A stretch of 64,000 bases of DNA from the NCBI GenBank assembly GCA_016868035.1, contig VGID01000005.1:26017-90016 (forward strand), written 5' to 3'. Under the pieces are notes generated by a model. It saw nothing but the letters and a program-made list of their open reading frames with translations. It was not told where the DNA came from and ran no database searches. Source of the stretch: Betaproteobacteria bacterium. Its GTDB lineage: Bacteria > Pseudomonadota > Gammaproteobacteria > Burkholderiales > SG8-41. Positions 9,211 through 17,962 of this stretch are shown here, in pieces (position 1 is the first letter of the stretch; every line of letters begins with the position of its first letter). The translations under genes were made by a program, and so were the position numbers.

Positions 9211-9987
9211 TCACTGTCGCGAAGGGGCAGGCTCGAATCCCTTCGCCCTGATTACCGCAACGGCGTCCGGCGTAGTGAGATAGTTGATCAGGGCCTTTGC
9301 TGCATCCGGTTGCCTGGCTGCCGAACCGACCCCCATTGTGAATACGATGTAGGTCTGCAGCTCGGGCGGGAACGGACCGACCAGCTCGACGCCGCCGGCG
9401 GATACAAGCACGGTGCTGGGCGCAAATCCGAGCTCGGCCTCGCCGGCAGCGACAGCCTGGGGAACATGCTCGATGTTCTTCTGCGGCTTGGTCTTGGCCT
9501 TCATCTCCTCGACGATGCCGAGGCGGTCGAAAACCTTCGCAAGATGGACGCCCACGGCGCCCTCCGGCGGAAAGGTGACCGACTTGGCGCCCAGCAGCGC
9601 GCCTTTGAACGCGTCGACCGAGCTGATGTCGGGCTTCGGAGATCCCGCGCGCGCAGCCACGGCCATGCCGACGCGGGCGATTTCAGTGCGCGTACCGGCG
9701 GCGATCTTGCCCTGCTTGGCCGCCCCATCCAGCAGTGCCGCAGGGACGATGACGAGGTCAAACTCCTCACCGCCCTCGATCTGCTGCTTGATCGTCCCGA
9801 GTATCCCGTATTGAATTACGAGCTTGTGTCCGGTCGTGCGCTCGAACTGGGGACCGAGCTCTCGTAGCGCGGGTGCAAAAGCGCCGCCCGCAATGACCTT
9901 CACTTCAGCGGCCTCTACTGCGATTCCTTGCGTCAACGAAAGCACGATTCCGGTTATTGCTGGTGCGACGAATGAACGTAGCTTCAT
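9211..9987 (-). CDS. periplasmic substrate-binding protein, ModA/PBP2-like
   Basis: Signal peptide, then VKVIAGGAFAPALRELGPQFERTTGHKLVIQYG, typical of molybdate/tungstate-type binding proteins. No permease or ATPase gene is adjacent. Confidence 0.6.
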   Translation of the reverse strand: MKLRSFVAPAITGIVLSLTQGIAVEAAEVKVIAGGAFAPALRELGPQFERTTGHKLVIQYGILGTIKQQIEGGEEFDLVIVPAALLDGAAKQGKIAAGTRTEIARVGMAVAARAGSPKPDISSVDAFKGALLGAKSVTFPPEGAVGVHLAKVFDRLGIVEEMKAKTKPQKNIEHVPQAVAAGEAELGFAPSTVLVSAGGVELVGPFPPELQTYIVFTMGVGSAARQPDAAKALINYLTTPDAVAVIRAKGFEPAPSRQ

Positions 9988-10203
9988 GACATCCTCCTTT
10001 CAGTAGGGCAGCTTTCGGGGCTAACCGGTTTTCATGTGCGGTCAGCCTGTTGCAACGTCGTCATCGACCCCGCAAGACTGCGCGCAACCGAGGGCCGCGG
10101 TAACGAGAAAAGCCGGAGGAAACGCCGAAAAAACCCCGAAATTTGAAGGCGCCGGGCGGGAGCGCTATGATTCGCTACCGGCAAGGCACGAAGGGGATGC
10201 GCC

Positions 10204-10647
10204 ATGAATGAGCCGACCCGCCGAAAAGCGGCACGACTGCTTTTGCTCGTCGCCGCCTCGTTTGCCACCGCGATCACTTCCGCTGCGGAAACCCCGCTTG
10301 CGATCAGGGGCTACGACCCGGTCGCCTATTTCACCTTAGGCGCCCCGGTGCGGGGGTTGCCGCAGTTCGAGTACGAATGGGACGAGCAGCGCTACCGCTT
10401 CTCGCGCCCGGAACATCGTGAGCTCTTCAGGGCCAACCCCGCACGCTATGCGCCGCAGTTCGCGAATTTCTGCACAATGGCGCTCACCCGGGGTGAGGTG
10501 TACGAGGCCAATCCGGAGTACTGGCTGATCAGCGAAGGAAAGCTCTATATGTTCCGCAAGGCCATCGGGCCGGAGCTGTTCCGGAAGAACCTCGCAGGGA
10601 ACATTGCCCAGGCCGAGCGGAACCGGCCGGTCCTTCAGAAGCGTTAG
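10204..10647 (+). CDS. exported YHS-domain family protein (Cys form)
   Basis: Signal peptide, then GYDPVAYFTLGAPVRG...YRFSRPEHRELFRANPARYAPQFANFCTMAL...GKLYMF. Confidence 0.55.
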   Translation: MNEPTRRKAARLLLLVAASFATAITSAAETPLAIRGYDPVAYFTLGAPVRGLPQFEYEWDEQRYRFSRPEHRELFRANPARYAPQFANFCTMALTRGEVYEANPEYWLISEGKLYMFRKAIGPELFRKNLAGNIAQAERNRPVLQKR

Positions 10648-10650
10648 CGG

Positions 10651-12459
10651 TCAATCGGGGCGGCTGCGGGGCGCCTCTTCCAGGGGCCAGAGACCGGCCT
10701 TGCGCAGTCCCTCGCGCAGGTTTTCGAGATCGCCTGCGTTCAGGAACTTGGTCCCGAACTCCCGGGGATCGAAGGTGGGATCGCTGCGGCGTATTTCCGC
10801 CGCCTCGCGCGCCGCGTCCGCCGCGCGGCCGTCCTGCGCATACGCGGCCGCCAGCACGACGCGGCTGAAGCTCGCGCCGGCGGTATCGCGCAGGTTGAGC
10901 TCGGCCTGCTCGATCGCGGCGCTGTAGCGTCGCTTCAGGTAGTAGGCGAGGCCGAGCGCAAAGCGGTCGATCGCGCCGAGATCGGGATCGATGCGCTGCG
11001 CCCGCTCCAGGGCCTCGACCGCCGCATCCGTCCTCCCCAGCCACATCAGTATGTTCCCGCGCGCGGCGAGGCTGCCGGCGTCGTTCGGATTGATCGCGAT
11101 GGCGCGCTCGATCTCCACCTCCGCCTCCTTGTAACGCTGGTGAAAGATATGGATGCGGCTGAGGATCACCCGGGCGCGCACCTCATCTTGATCGAGGCCG
11201 AGAGCCCTGAGCGCCAGCTCCTCGGCGCGGTTCATGAACGCGGTCGGCGACTCGGCCCATCCCATCGAGGTAGCGATGTAAAAAGTCTCCGCGAGGGCCG
11301 CGTAGGCTGCGGCGTAACTCGGATCGAGTTCGATCGCGCGCCTGAGGAGCCCTCGCGCCGCAGCGATGTCGGCGCGCGCTGGGCGCTGCAACGCAGGACG
11401 GGCGCGCAGCACGTAGTCGTAGGCTTCGAGATTTGTGGTCGGCTTGGCGAGCACCCGGCGCTGCTCGATCTGAGTCACCCGGATCGCAAGGGCGCTGACG
11501 ATCTCGGCAGTGATCCGGTCCTGGAGCGCGAACACGTCTGCCAGCGCTTCGTCGAAGCGCGCTGACCACAGCACCCGCCCCTGCCGCGTATCGGCAAGCT
11601 GCGCGCTTACCCGGACGCGTTCGCCGATTCGGCGCACGCTGCCCTCGACCAGATAGCCGACGGAAAGACCACGGCCGATTTCCCTCGGGCTCACCGGCTT
11701 GTTCTTGTAGGGGAGAACACCATTCCACGAAATCACCATCAGCGCGGAGAAGCGGCCGAGCGCGTTGATGAGGTCCTGCGTCAAACCGTCCGCAAAATAC
11801 TCGTGGCCGGGCTCGTCGCTGTGATCGACGAAGGCGAGCACGGCGATCGCGGGTTTCGCCCCGGGCTCGAGGCTCCGGGTCGCGGATCGGTCGCCGATGC
11901 CGATCCACAGAGCTACTGTGGCAAGCAGAATGCCAAGAGCGAGCGAGCCGATCAGTCCGATGCGCCGGCCGCTTGCCGTTGCAATGGACCCGAGCGGTGT
12001 GCGAGCGCCGGCGACGGGCTCAGGTGTAGCCACAGCTACAGTGGGAACCAGCCCAGCCTCGACCGGAGACTGGCCCGCCGTCGCGGCAGCCAACACGGGG
12101 GATTCGAATCGATACCCGCGGCGTGGAATCGTCGTGATGAGGCGCGACCCGTCGTCTCCAAGCGCCCGCCGCAGCTCGCCGATACTCTGCACCAAGGCAT
12201 CGTCCGTGACGACGAGATTCGGCCAGACCGCGGCAAAGAGCTCTTCCTTCGAGACCAGCCGTCCGGAATGCTCGACGAGGCAGCGCAGGACCGCGAACGT
12301 CTTAGGTCGCAGCGGAATTTCGTTCGCGTCGAGAAGGAGGGAGCCGCGTTCCAGATCGAGCACGTAGCGGTCGAATTGCAACCGCATTGCCCGCGTCTGG
12401 GTCAAAGGGTCTGCATCGCGATCGGTCATCGTCCCGACCTCGCTACAAATATCGGTCAA
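10651..12459 (-). CDS. membrane-anchored winged-helix (OmpR/CadC-type) transcriptional regulator with TPR repeats
   Basis: N-terminal trans_reg_C pattern (LRPKTFAVLRCLVEHSGRLVSKEELFAAVWP...VTDDALVQSIGELRRALGDD), one TM segment, and C-terminal TPR-like repeats. Confidence 0.75.
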   Translation of the reverse strand: MTDICSEVGTMTDRDADPLTQTRAMRLQFDRYVLDLERGSLLLDANEIPLRPKTFAVLRCLVEHSGRLVSKEELFAAVWPNLVVTDDALVQSIGELRRALGDDGSRLITTIPRRGYRFESPVLAAATAGQSPVEAGLVPTVAVATPEPVAGARTPLGSIATASGRRIGLIGSLALGILLATVALWIGIGDRSATRSLEPGAKPAIAVLAFVDHSDEPGHEYFADGLTQDLINALGRFSALMVISWNGVLPYKNKPVSPREIGRGLSVGYLVEGSVRRIGERVRVSAQLADTRQGRVLWSARFDEALADVFALQDRITAEIVSALAIRVTQIEQRRVLAKPTTNLEAYDYVLRARPALQRPARADIAAARGLLRRAIELDPSYAAAYAALAETFYIATSMGWAESPTAFMNRAEELALRALGLDQDEVRARVILSRIHIFHQRYKEAEVEIERAIAINPNDAGSLAARGNILMWLGRTDAAVEALERAQRIDPDLGAIDRFALGLAYYLKRRYSAAIEQAELNLRDTAGASFSRVVLAAAYAQDGRAADAAREAAEIRRSDPTFDPREFGTKFLNAGDLENLREGLRKAGLWPLEEAPRSRPD

Positions 12460-12570
12460 TCCGGACCGACGGCTGCCGCAATTTTACCGACTATCCGGAA
12501 AAAAGCGAGACATTCTGCTGAACTGACTTCCGACATCCGCGCAACCTTGGGCGCAGCGGCCTGCGTCCCA

Positions 12571-13752
12571 TTAATGAGACTTCGACAAAAGTCTCATTCC
12601 GCGGTCGAGCCCTTCGAGCGTCAACGGAAACATGCGATCGCCCATGATCCGGCGCGTGATCCCGATGGACTCGTGGTAGTCCCATACCGGCTCGGGCTGA
12701 GGATTCAGCCAGATCGCGCTGGAATAGACCGTGAGCAGCCGCTGCAGCCACACCGCGCCCGCCTCCTCGTTGGTGTGCTCGACGCTCCCGCCCGGATAGG
12801 CGATCTCGTACGGGCTCATGGTGGCGTCGCCCACCAGGATCACCTTGTAATCGTGCGGGTACGTGTGAAGGACCTGCCACGTTGCCATCCTTTCCGTCGC
12901 GCGCCGGCGATTGTCGCGCCATACCCGCTCGTAGAGGAAGTTGTGGAAGTAGAAGTACTCGAGGTGCTTGAACTCGGAGCGGGCGGCGGAGAAGAGCTGC
13001 TCGCAGATGCGGATGTGGTCGTCCATCGATCCGCCGACATCGAGGAACAGCAGCACCTTCACCGCGTTGTGCCGCTCCGGCACCATCTTGAGATCCAGCC
13101 ACCCGGCGTTCCTGGCGGTGGAGCGGATGGTATCGTCGAGGTCGAGCTCTTCCGGCGCGCCGGTGCGCGCGAACCGGCGCAGCCTTTTTAGCGCCACCTT
13201 GATGTTGCGCGTGCCGAGCTCCACCGTATCGTCGAAATTGCGGTACTGGCGCTCGTCCCACACCTTGACCGCCCGCCGGTGCCGCGACTCGGGCTGGCCG
13301 ATGCGGATGCCTTCGGGGTTGTAGCCCCATGCGCCGTAGGGACTCGTGCCCGCGGTGCCGATCATCTTGCCCCCGCCCTGGTGCCGGCCCTTCTGTTCCG
13401 CGAGGCGCTTCTTGAGCGTCTCCATCAGCCTGTCCCAGCCCCCGAGCGACCCGATGAGTTTCTTCTCCTCCTCGGTCAGGACCTTCTCGGCGAGCCTTTT
13501 CAACCATTCCTCAGGAATTACGACCGTGATTCCTTCGACCTCCACGATGCCCTTGAAGTAGGCGGCGAACGCCCGGTCGTAGCGGTCGAAGTACTTCTCG
13601 TCCTTCACCAGGCACGTGCGCGCGAGGTAGTAGAACTCCTCCATGCTGCCGAACGCGACGCGCTTGGCCAGTGCCTCGATCAATGTCAGGAATTCCTTGA
13701 TCGAGACCGGGACGCCGCCTTCCTTCAGCTTGAGGAAGAACTCGATCAGCAT
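12571..13752 (-). CDS. VWA domain protein, CoxE-like partner of MoxR ATPase
   Basis: 394 aa from MLIEFFLKLKEGGVPVSIKEFLTLIEAL; C-terminal VWA pattern (VLLFLDVGGSMD). The start ATG overlaps the stop of the upstream gene (TAATG). Confidence 0.8.
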   Translation of the reverse strand: MLIEFFLKLKEGGVPVSIKEFLTLIEALAKRVAFGSMEEFYYLARTCLVKDEKYFDRYDRAFAAYFKGIVEVEGITVVIPEEWLKRLAEKVLTEEEKKLIGSLGGWDRLMETLKKRLAEQKGRHQGGGKMIGTAGTSPYGAWGYNPEGIRIGQPESRHRRAVKVWDERQYRNFDDTVELGTRNIKVALKRLRRFARTGAPEELDLDDTIRSTARNAGWLDLKMVPERHNAVKVLLFLDVGGSMDDHIRICEQLFSAARSEFKHLEYFYFHNFLYERVWRDNRRRATERMATWQVLHTYPHDYKVILVGDATMSPYEIAYPGGSVEHTNEEAGAVWLQRLLTVYSSAIWLNPQPEPVWDYHESIGITRRIMGDRMFPLTLEGLDRGMRLLSKSH

Positions 13753-14318
13753 TAGATTCGGTGAACGGTGAATGGTGAACGGTGAATGGAACTTCGCCTG
13801 TTGCCGGTTCCACCGGGCATCAATGCTCGCCGCCACGAACGCAGCTTTGTCCGGAACGCCATCGTGTTCGCGGGACTGGACGATGGCAGTACGAACGTCG
13901 CGTAGCCCTGCTCCGAGAACCAGGGTTCCAGCGTCGCGGCAGTCTTCCCGTTGAAGCAAACACGCCGCAATTCCGTCGCGACGCGTGTTACGCGCCGAAA
14001 GCGGTTTTGCGTCGCGTTGCGGATTGCACTATCGAGGCTACCCTCGCGCTCGCAGGTTCCGATCACATCCCACAATCCGATGCGCCGCGCGAGCAGCGCT
14101 TCGAGCCTCGCTTCGTACGGCATTTCGTGCAGCGGCGCGTCGATGACGCGCCCGACGAGGCGCCAGAACTGGTTTTGCGCGTGACCGTAGTACTGGGCCT
14201 TCGCAAGCGACGCTTCACTCGGAAAGCTGCCCAGGATGAGCGTCCGGACTCTCCGGTCGATCACCGGCGGGAAACCGCGCAGCGCGGCACTGCGGATGGC
14301 GCTCCGCCTACCGCCCAC
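13752..14318 (-). CDS. DNA-deoxyinosine (hypoxanthine) glycosylase, UDG family 6-like
   Basis: ILGSFPSEASLAKAQYYGHAQNQFWRL, GLWDVIGTCEREGSLDSAI and LPSSSPAN. The C-terminal approx 12 aa (IHRSPFTVHRI) are encoded by a heptamer array. Confidence 0.75.
   Translation of the reverse strand: MGGRRSAIRSAALRGFPPVIDRRVRTLILGSFPSEASLAKAQYYGHAQNQFWRLVGRVIDAPLHEMPYEARLEALLARRIGLWDVIGTCEREGSLDSAIRNATQNRFRRVTRVATELRRVCFNGKTAATLEPWFSEQGYATFVLPSSSPANTMAFRTKLRSWRRALMPGGTGNRRSSIHRSPFTVHRI
13759..13790. repeat. heptamer array CGGTGAA x4.5 (GTGAACG family)
   Basis: cggtgaa cggtgaa tggtgaa cggtgaa tgg; lies inside the 3' end of the glycosylase CDS. Confidence 0.9.
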
Positions 14319-14327
14319 GGCTACCCC

Positions 14328-15173
14328 TCACGTCTTGCGCCTCGACATGAAGACGAGGCGCTCGAACAGATGCACGTCCTGCTCGTTCTTGATGAGCGCC
14401 CCGTGCAGCGGCGGGATGATCTTGTGTGTGTCCTGGCTGTGCAGCGCCTCCGGCGGAATGTCCTCGGCCATGAGCAGCTTCAGCCAGTCGAGCAGCTCCG
14501 AGGTGGAGGGCTTCTTCTTGAGCCCCGGCACTTCCCGGATCTCGAAGAACGCTTCCAGCGCCTCCCGGAGCAGCTGCTTCTTGATGCCGGGATAGTGCAC
14601 GCGCACGATACGCTCCATCGTCTCGTTGTCGGGAAAGCGGATGTAGTGGAAGAAACAGCGCCGCAGGAACGCGTCGGGGAGCTCTTTCTCGTTGTTGCTC
14701 GTGATGACGACGAGCGGCCGGTGCCTTGCGCGCACGAGCTCCTGCGTCTCGTACACGTAGAACTCCATTCGGTCGAGCTCGCGCAGGAGGTCGTTCGGAA
14801 ACTCGATGTCGGCCTTGTCGACCTCGTCGATCAGCAGTACCGCCGGGACGTCGGCCACGAACGCGCTCCAGAGCATGCCGGGAACGATGTAGTTGCGGAT
14901 GTCGTGCACGCGCGGGTCCCCGAGCTGGGAGTCGCGCAGCCGGGAGACTGCGTCGTACTCGTAGAGCCCGTGCTGCGCCTTGGTCGTGGACTTGATGTGC
15001 CATTCGAAGATCGGGCGGTTGAGCGCTTTCGCGGTCTCGATCGCGAGCATCGTCTTTCCCGTCCCGGGCTCGCCTTTCACGAGCAACGGGCGCTCCAGCA
15101 CGATCGCGGCGTTGACCGCCATCATCAGGTCATCGGTCGCGACGTAGGTGTCGGTGCCTTCGAATCGGTTCAT
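14328..15173 (-). CDS. MoxR-family AAA+ ATPase (CoxD-like)
   Basis: Walker A LLVKGEPGTGKT, Walker B LLIDEVDKA, and the typical MoxR length of 281 aa. Confidence 0.9.
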   Translation of the reverse strand: MNRFEGTDTYVATDDLMMAVNAAIVLERPLLVKGEPGTGKTMLAIETAKALNRPIFEWHIKSTTKAQHGLYEYDAVSRLRDSQLGDPRVHDIRNYIVPGMLWSAFVADVPAVLLIDEVDKADIEFPNDLLRELDRMEFYVYETQELVRARHRPLVVITSNNEKELPDAFLRRCFFHYIRFPDNETMERIVRVHYPGIKKQLLREALEAFFEIREVPGLKKKPSTSELLDWLKLLMAEDIPPEALHSQDTHKIIPPLHGALIKNEQDVHLFERLVFMSRRKT

Positions 15174-15182
15174 TGAAACAAT

Positions 15183-15245
15183 CCGTGAACGGTGATCGGT
15201 AAGCGGTAAGCGGTAAGCGGTAAGCGGTAAGCGGTAAGCGGCAGA
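15183..15245. repeat. heptamer array CGGTAAG x9 (6 perfect units)
   Basis: ccgtgaa cggtgat then cggtaag x6 then cggcaga; begins 10 nt upstream of the MoxR start codon. Confidence 0.95.
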
Positions 15246-15364
15246 CTTCGGTTCAGTTATTGCGTGCAGTGCCCGGCTCGTGGCTCACCCGGCCTGGGCG
15301 AGTCTCGCATCGGCTCCTGCGAGCGTCAAGGAACTGCGACCGGAACCGGCCGCGATCGCCCGGC

Positions 15365-15958
15365 TTACGGTGCGGCGGCAAGGTCCTGCTTGCGGTCGAC
15401 ATCGAAGAGAACGCCGGGATCGTCGCATTCGATCAGCGTGAGCGCGTCGCGATGACGCTCCAGGACCTCGCGCGCACCGTGATCGCCGTCGAGCGCGAGC
15501 AGCTCCTGGCGCAGCGCCGCGCTAAACCCGACCGGGTGGCCGCGCTCCCCCTTGTACGTAGGCGCGGCCACGAGCGCGCCCGCCTCGAGCGCGGACACCA
15601 CGCGCCGGATCGTGTCGGGACGGATGCGTGGCATATCCGCGAGCGCGACCACCCATCCATCGGCTCCGGTTGCGTACGCGACGCCGTGCGCGAGGCTCGC
15701 GCCCATGCCGCGCGAGGCCGCCGGGCATGCCGTCACGAGGCAGCCTTCCTCCTCCAGCGTGGTGCCGACCGGATCGGCCAGCCGCACCACCGCCATCACG
15801 TCCGGAAGCACGGCGAGCAGATTGCGCGCCGCATGCGCGGCGATTGCCGCGCCGTCCTCGAGCGGATGCAGCAGCTTGTGCCCACCGAAGCGCGATCCGG
15901 TGCCGGCTGCCAGCAGGATCGCGGCAATGCGAGGTTTCGGCTCGGCCATTTCGCGCAT
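15365..15958 (-). CDS. MobA/MocA-like nucleotidyltransferase (molybdenum cofactor cytidylyl/guanylyl-transferase family)
   Basis: AAILLAAGTGSRFGGHKLL NTP-transferase motif. The start is ambiguous (15958 or 15949). Confidence 0.65.
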   Translation of the reverse strand: MREMAEPKPRIAAILLAAGTGSRFGGHKLLHPLEDGAAIAAHAARNLLAVLPDVMAVVRLADPVGTTLEEEGCLVTACPAASRGMGASLAHGVAYATGADGWVVALADMPRIRPDTIRRVVSALEAGALVAAPTYKGERGHPVGFSAALRQELLALDGDHGAREVLERHRDALTLIECDDPGVLFDVDRKQDLAAAP

Positions 15959-16040
15959 TATAATTGTCCGTCCGCTCATTCGAACGGATGTCGATGACAC
16001 CGTTCAATTCGCTTTCTGTTCAGCATACACGAGAAACGAA

Positions 16041-16823
16041 ATGCCGAAGTTCGCCGCCAACCTGACGATGCTCTGGAACGAGCTGGAATTCATGGATCGC
16101 TTCGCGGTCGCCCACAAGTGGGGTTTTACCGGGGTCGAGTACCTGTTTCCCTACGACTACCAGAAGGAACATCTCGCCGAACAGCTGCAAAAGCACAAGC
16201 TCGCGCAGGTGCTGCACAACCTGCCCGCCGGCAACTGGGCGAAGGGCGAGCGCGGGATCGCCTGCCACCCGGCCCGCGCCAGGGAGTTCCAGGACGGAGT
16301 CGGCACCGCGATCGAATACGCGACCGCGCTCGGCTGCAAGCAGCTGAACTGTCTCGCCGGCATCCGCCCGCCTCATCTGGACCCGTCGGACGCGCGGGAG
16401 ACGTTCATCAGGAACCTGCAGTTCGCCGCGCCACGGCTCAAGGATGCCGGAATCCGGCTGCTGATCGAGCCGATCAACACGCGCGACTTCCCCGGCTTCT
16501 TCCTGGCCTCACCGAAGCAGGCGCTCGACATCATCAAGGCGGCCGGCTCCGACAATCTCTACCTGCAATACGACGTCTACCACGCCCAGATCATGGAAGG
16601 CGACCTTGCCGCGACCATCGAGAACAACCTCCGGCTGATTTCGCATATACAGATCGCGGACAACCCCGGGCGGCACGAGCCCGGAACCGGCGAGATCAAT
16701 TACGCGTTCCTGTTCGAGCACCTGGACCGCGTCGGCTACACGGGCTGGGTCGGGTGCGAGTACAAGCCGCTCACCAATACCACGGACGGGATCCACTGGA
16801 TCAAGCCGTTTCTGAAGGCTTGA
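16041..16823 (+). CDS. hyi: hydroxypyruvate isomerase
   Basis: MPKFAANLTMLWNELEFMDRFAVAHKWGFTGVEYLFPYDY...LHNLPAGNWAKGERGIAC closely follows the Hyi pattern. The upstream part of ORF 15552 is antisense shadow. Confidence 0.85.
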   Translation: MPKFAANLTMLWNELEFMDRFAVAHKWGFTGVEYLFPYDYQKEHLAEQLQKHKLAQVLHNLPAGNWAKGERGIACHPARAREFQDGVGTAIEYATALGCKQLNCLAGIRPPHLDPSDARETFIRNLQFAAPRLKDAGIRLLIEPINTRDFPGFFLASPKQALDIIKAAGSDNLYLQYDVYHAQIMEGDLAATIENNLRLISHIQIADNPGRHEPGTGEINYAFLFEHLDRVGYTGWVGCEYKPLTNTTDGIHWIKPFLKA

Positions 16824-16944
16824 GACGCCGTATCCGACGGACAACGGCCTCGCTTGACTTGCGCAAGGCCGCCGTCACACAATTCACTGTCTGTTCCCGT
16901 CCGGCCGCCCAACAGCGGCAGCGTCGTCCACCACAGGAGGAGTC

Positions 16945-17892
16945 ATGAAACGCATCTTGTTTGTCGCCATGTTCGCGGCCGTGTCGGCGGCCACACTGTC
17001 GGGCACACCCGCTTCTGCGCAAGAACTCAGGATGATGACCGGACCGCAAGGCGGTTCATGGTACCCGCTGGGAGGCGCGATTCAGGGCATACTCGAGAAG
17101 AACATCCCGGGGGTCAGGATGCAGGTCGCGCCCGGGGCCGGGATATCCAACGTGCTGGGCGTGCAGACCGGAAAGGCGGAACTCGGCTTCGGCAACGCCA
17201 GCTCCACTTTCGACGGAGTGAATGGCCGCGATCCCTTCAAGCAGAAGACCGACAATGTGTGCCATGTCGCCACGCTCTATTTCCAGTACTTCCATGCGGT
17301 CGCGCTTGCCGACTCGGGAGTGAGAAACCTCGGTGAAGCCAAGGGCAAGGCGCTTACCACCCAGCAGAAAGGCAACACCGGCGAGCAGATGACGCGCGAT
17401 GCGTTGTCAGTGTACGGGCTCGATTACGGCAAGATGTCAAAAGTGAACTTCGGCTCCTACACCGACTCGGTGTCCCAGCTGAAGGACGGGCACGCCCAGA
17501 TCTTCACGCTGGTCACGACGGTGCCGGCCTCTGCGGTCATGGACCTCGCGTCGGCCCGCGACATCCGCGTGATCGATTTCCCCGACGACAAGTTCAAGGC
17601 GATTCAGCAGATGAACCGGGGCTACGACAAGCGCATCATCAAGGCGGGAAGCTATCCGAAGCAGGACAGGGACGTGCAGACGATCGGCACCTGGACTCAC
17701 CTGATCGCGAGCTGCAAATTGCCCGAGGCTCTGGTCTATAACATCACCAAGGCGCTCGCGAGCAACGTCGAAAACCTCGGCCACGTCGTCGCCGCGGTGA
17801 AGGGCCTTTCGGTGAAAGACATGGCGACTGATCTCGGCATACCGTTGCATCCGGGCGCCAGGAAATTCTATCAGGACTCGAAGGCGCTATAG
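16945..17892 (+). CDS. TAXI-family TRAP transporter solute-binding protein
   Basis: Signal peptide, then LRMMTGPQGGSWYPLGGAIQGIL, typical of TAXI receptors. Confidence 0.85.
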   Translation: MKRILFVAMFAAVSAATLSGTPASAQELRMMTGPQGGSWYPLGGAIQGILEKNIPGVRMQVAPGAGISNVLGVQTGKAELGFGNASSTFDGVNGRDPFKQKTDNVCHVATLYFQYFHAVALADSGVRNLGEAKGKALTTQQKGNTGEQMTRDALSVYGLDYGKMSKVNFGSYTDSVSQLKDGHAQIFTLVTTVPASAVMDLASARDIRVIDFPDDKFKAIQQMNRGYDKRIIKAGSYPKQDRDVQTIGTWTHLIASCKLPEALVYNITKALASNVENLGHVVAAVKGLSVKDMATDLGIPLHPGARKFYQDSKAL

Positions 17893-17906
17893 CGCCTGAT
17901 CTGAAA

Positions 17907-17940
17907 ACAGCGGCGCGAACCTTCGCGCCGCTGTTTTTTT
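17907..17940 (+). terminator. intrinsic terminator/attenuator between the TAXI binding-protein and permease genes
   Basis: CAGCGGCGCG-aacctt-CGCGCCGCTG stem followed by seven T residues. Confidence 0.75.
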
Positions 17941-17962
17941 GTCCGACCGCAGAGCAGAGCCG

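Noticed and set aside
9211-9987. ModA-like binding protein as part of a molybdate ABC transporter operon
   Set aside because: No permease or ATPase genes are adjacent, so only the binding-protein fold is claimed, not the modABC function.
12571-12598. Hairpin AATGAGACT-tcgacaaa-AGTCTCATT as a terminator of the VWA gene
   Set aside because: It overlaps the last codons and stop of the CDS and has no following U-run on the minus strand. Support for an intrinsic terminator is insufficient.
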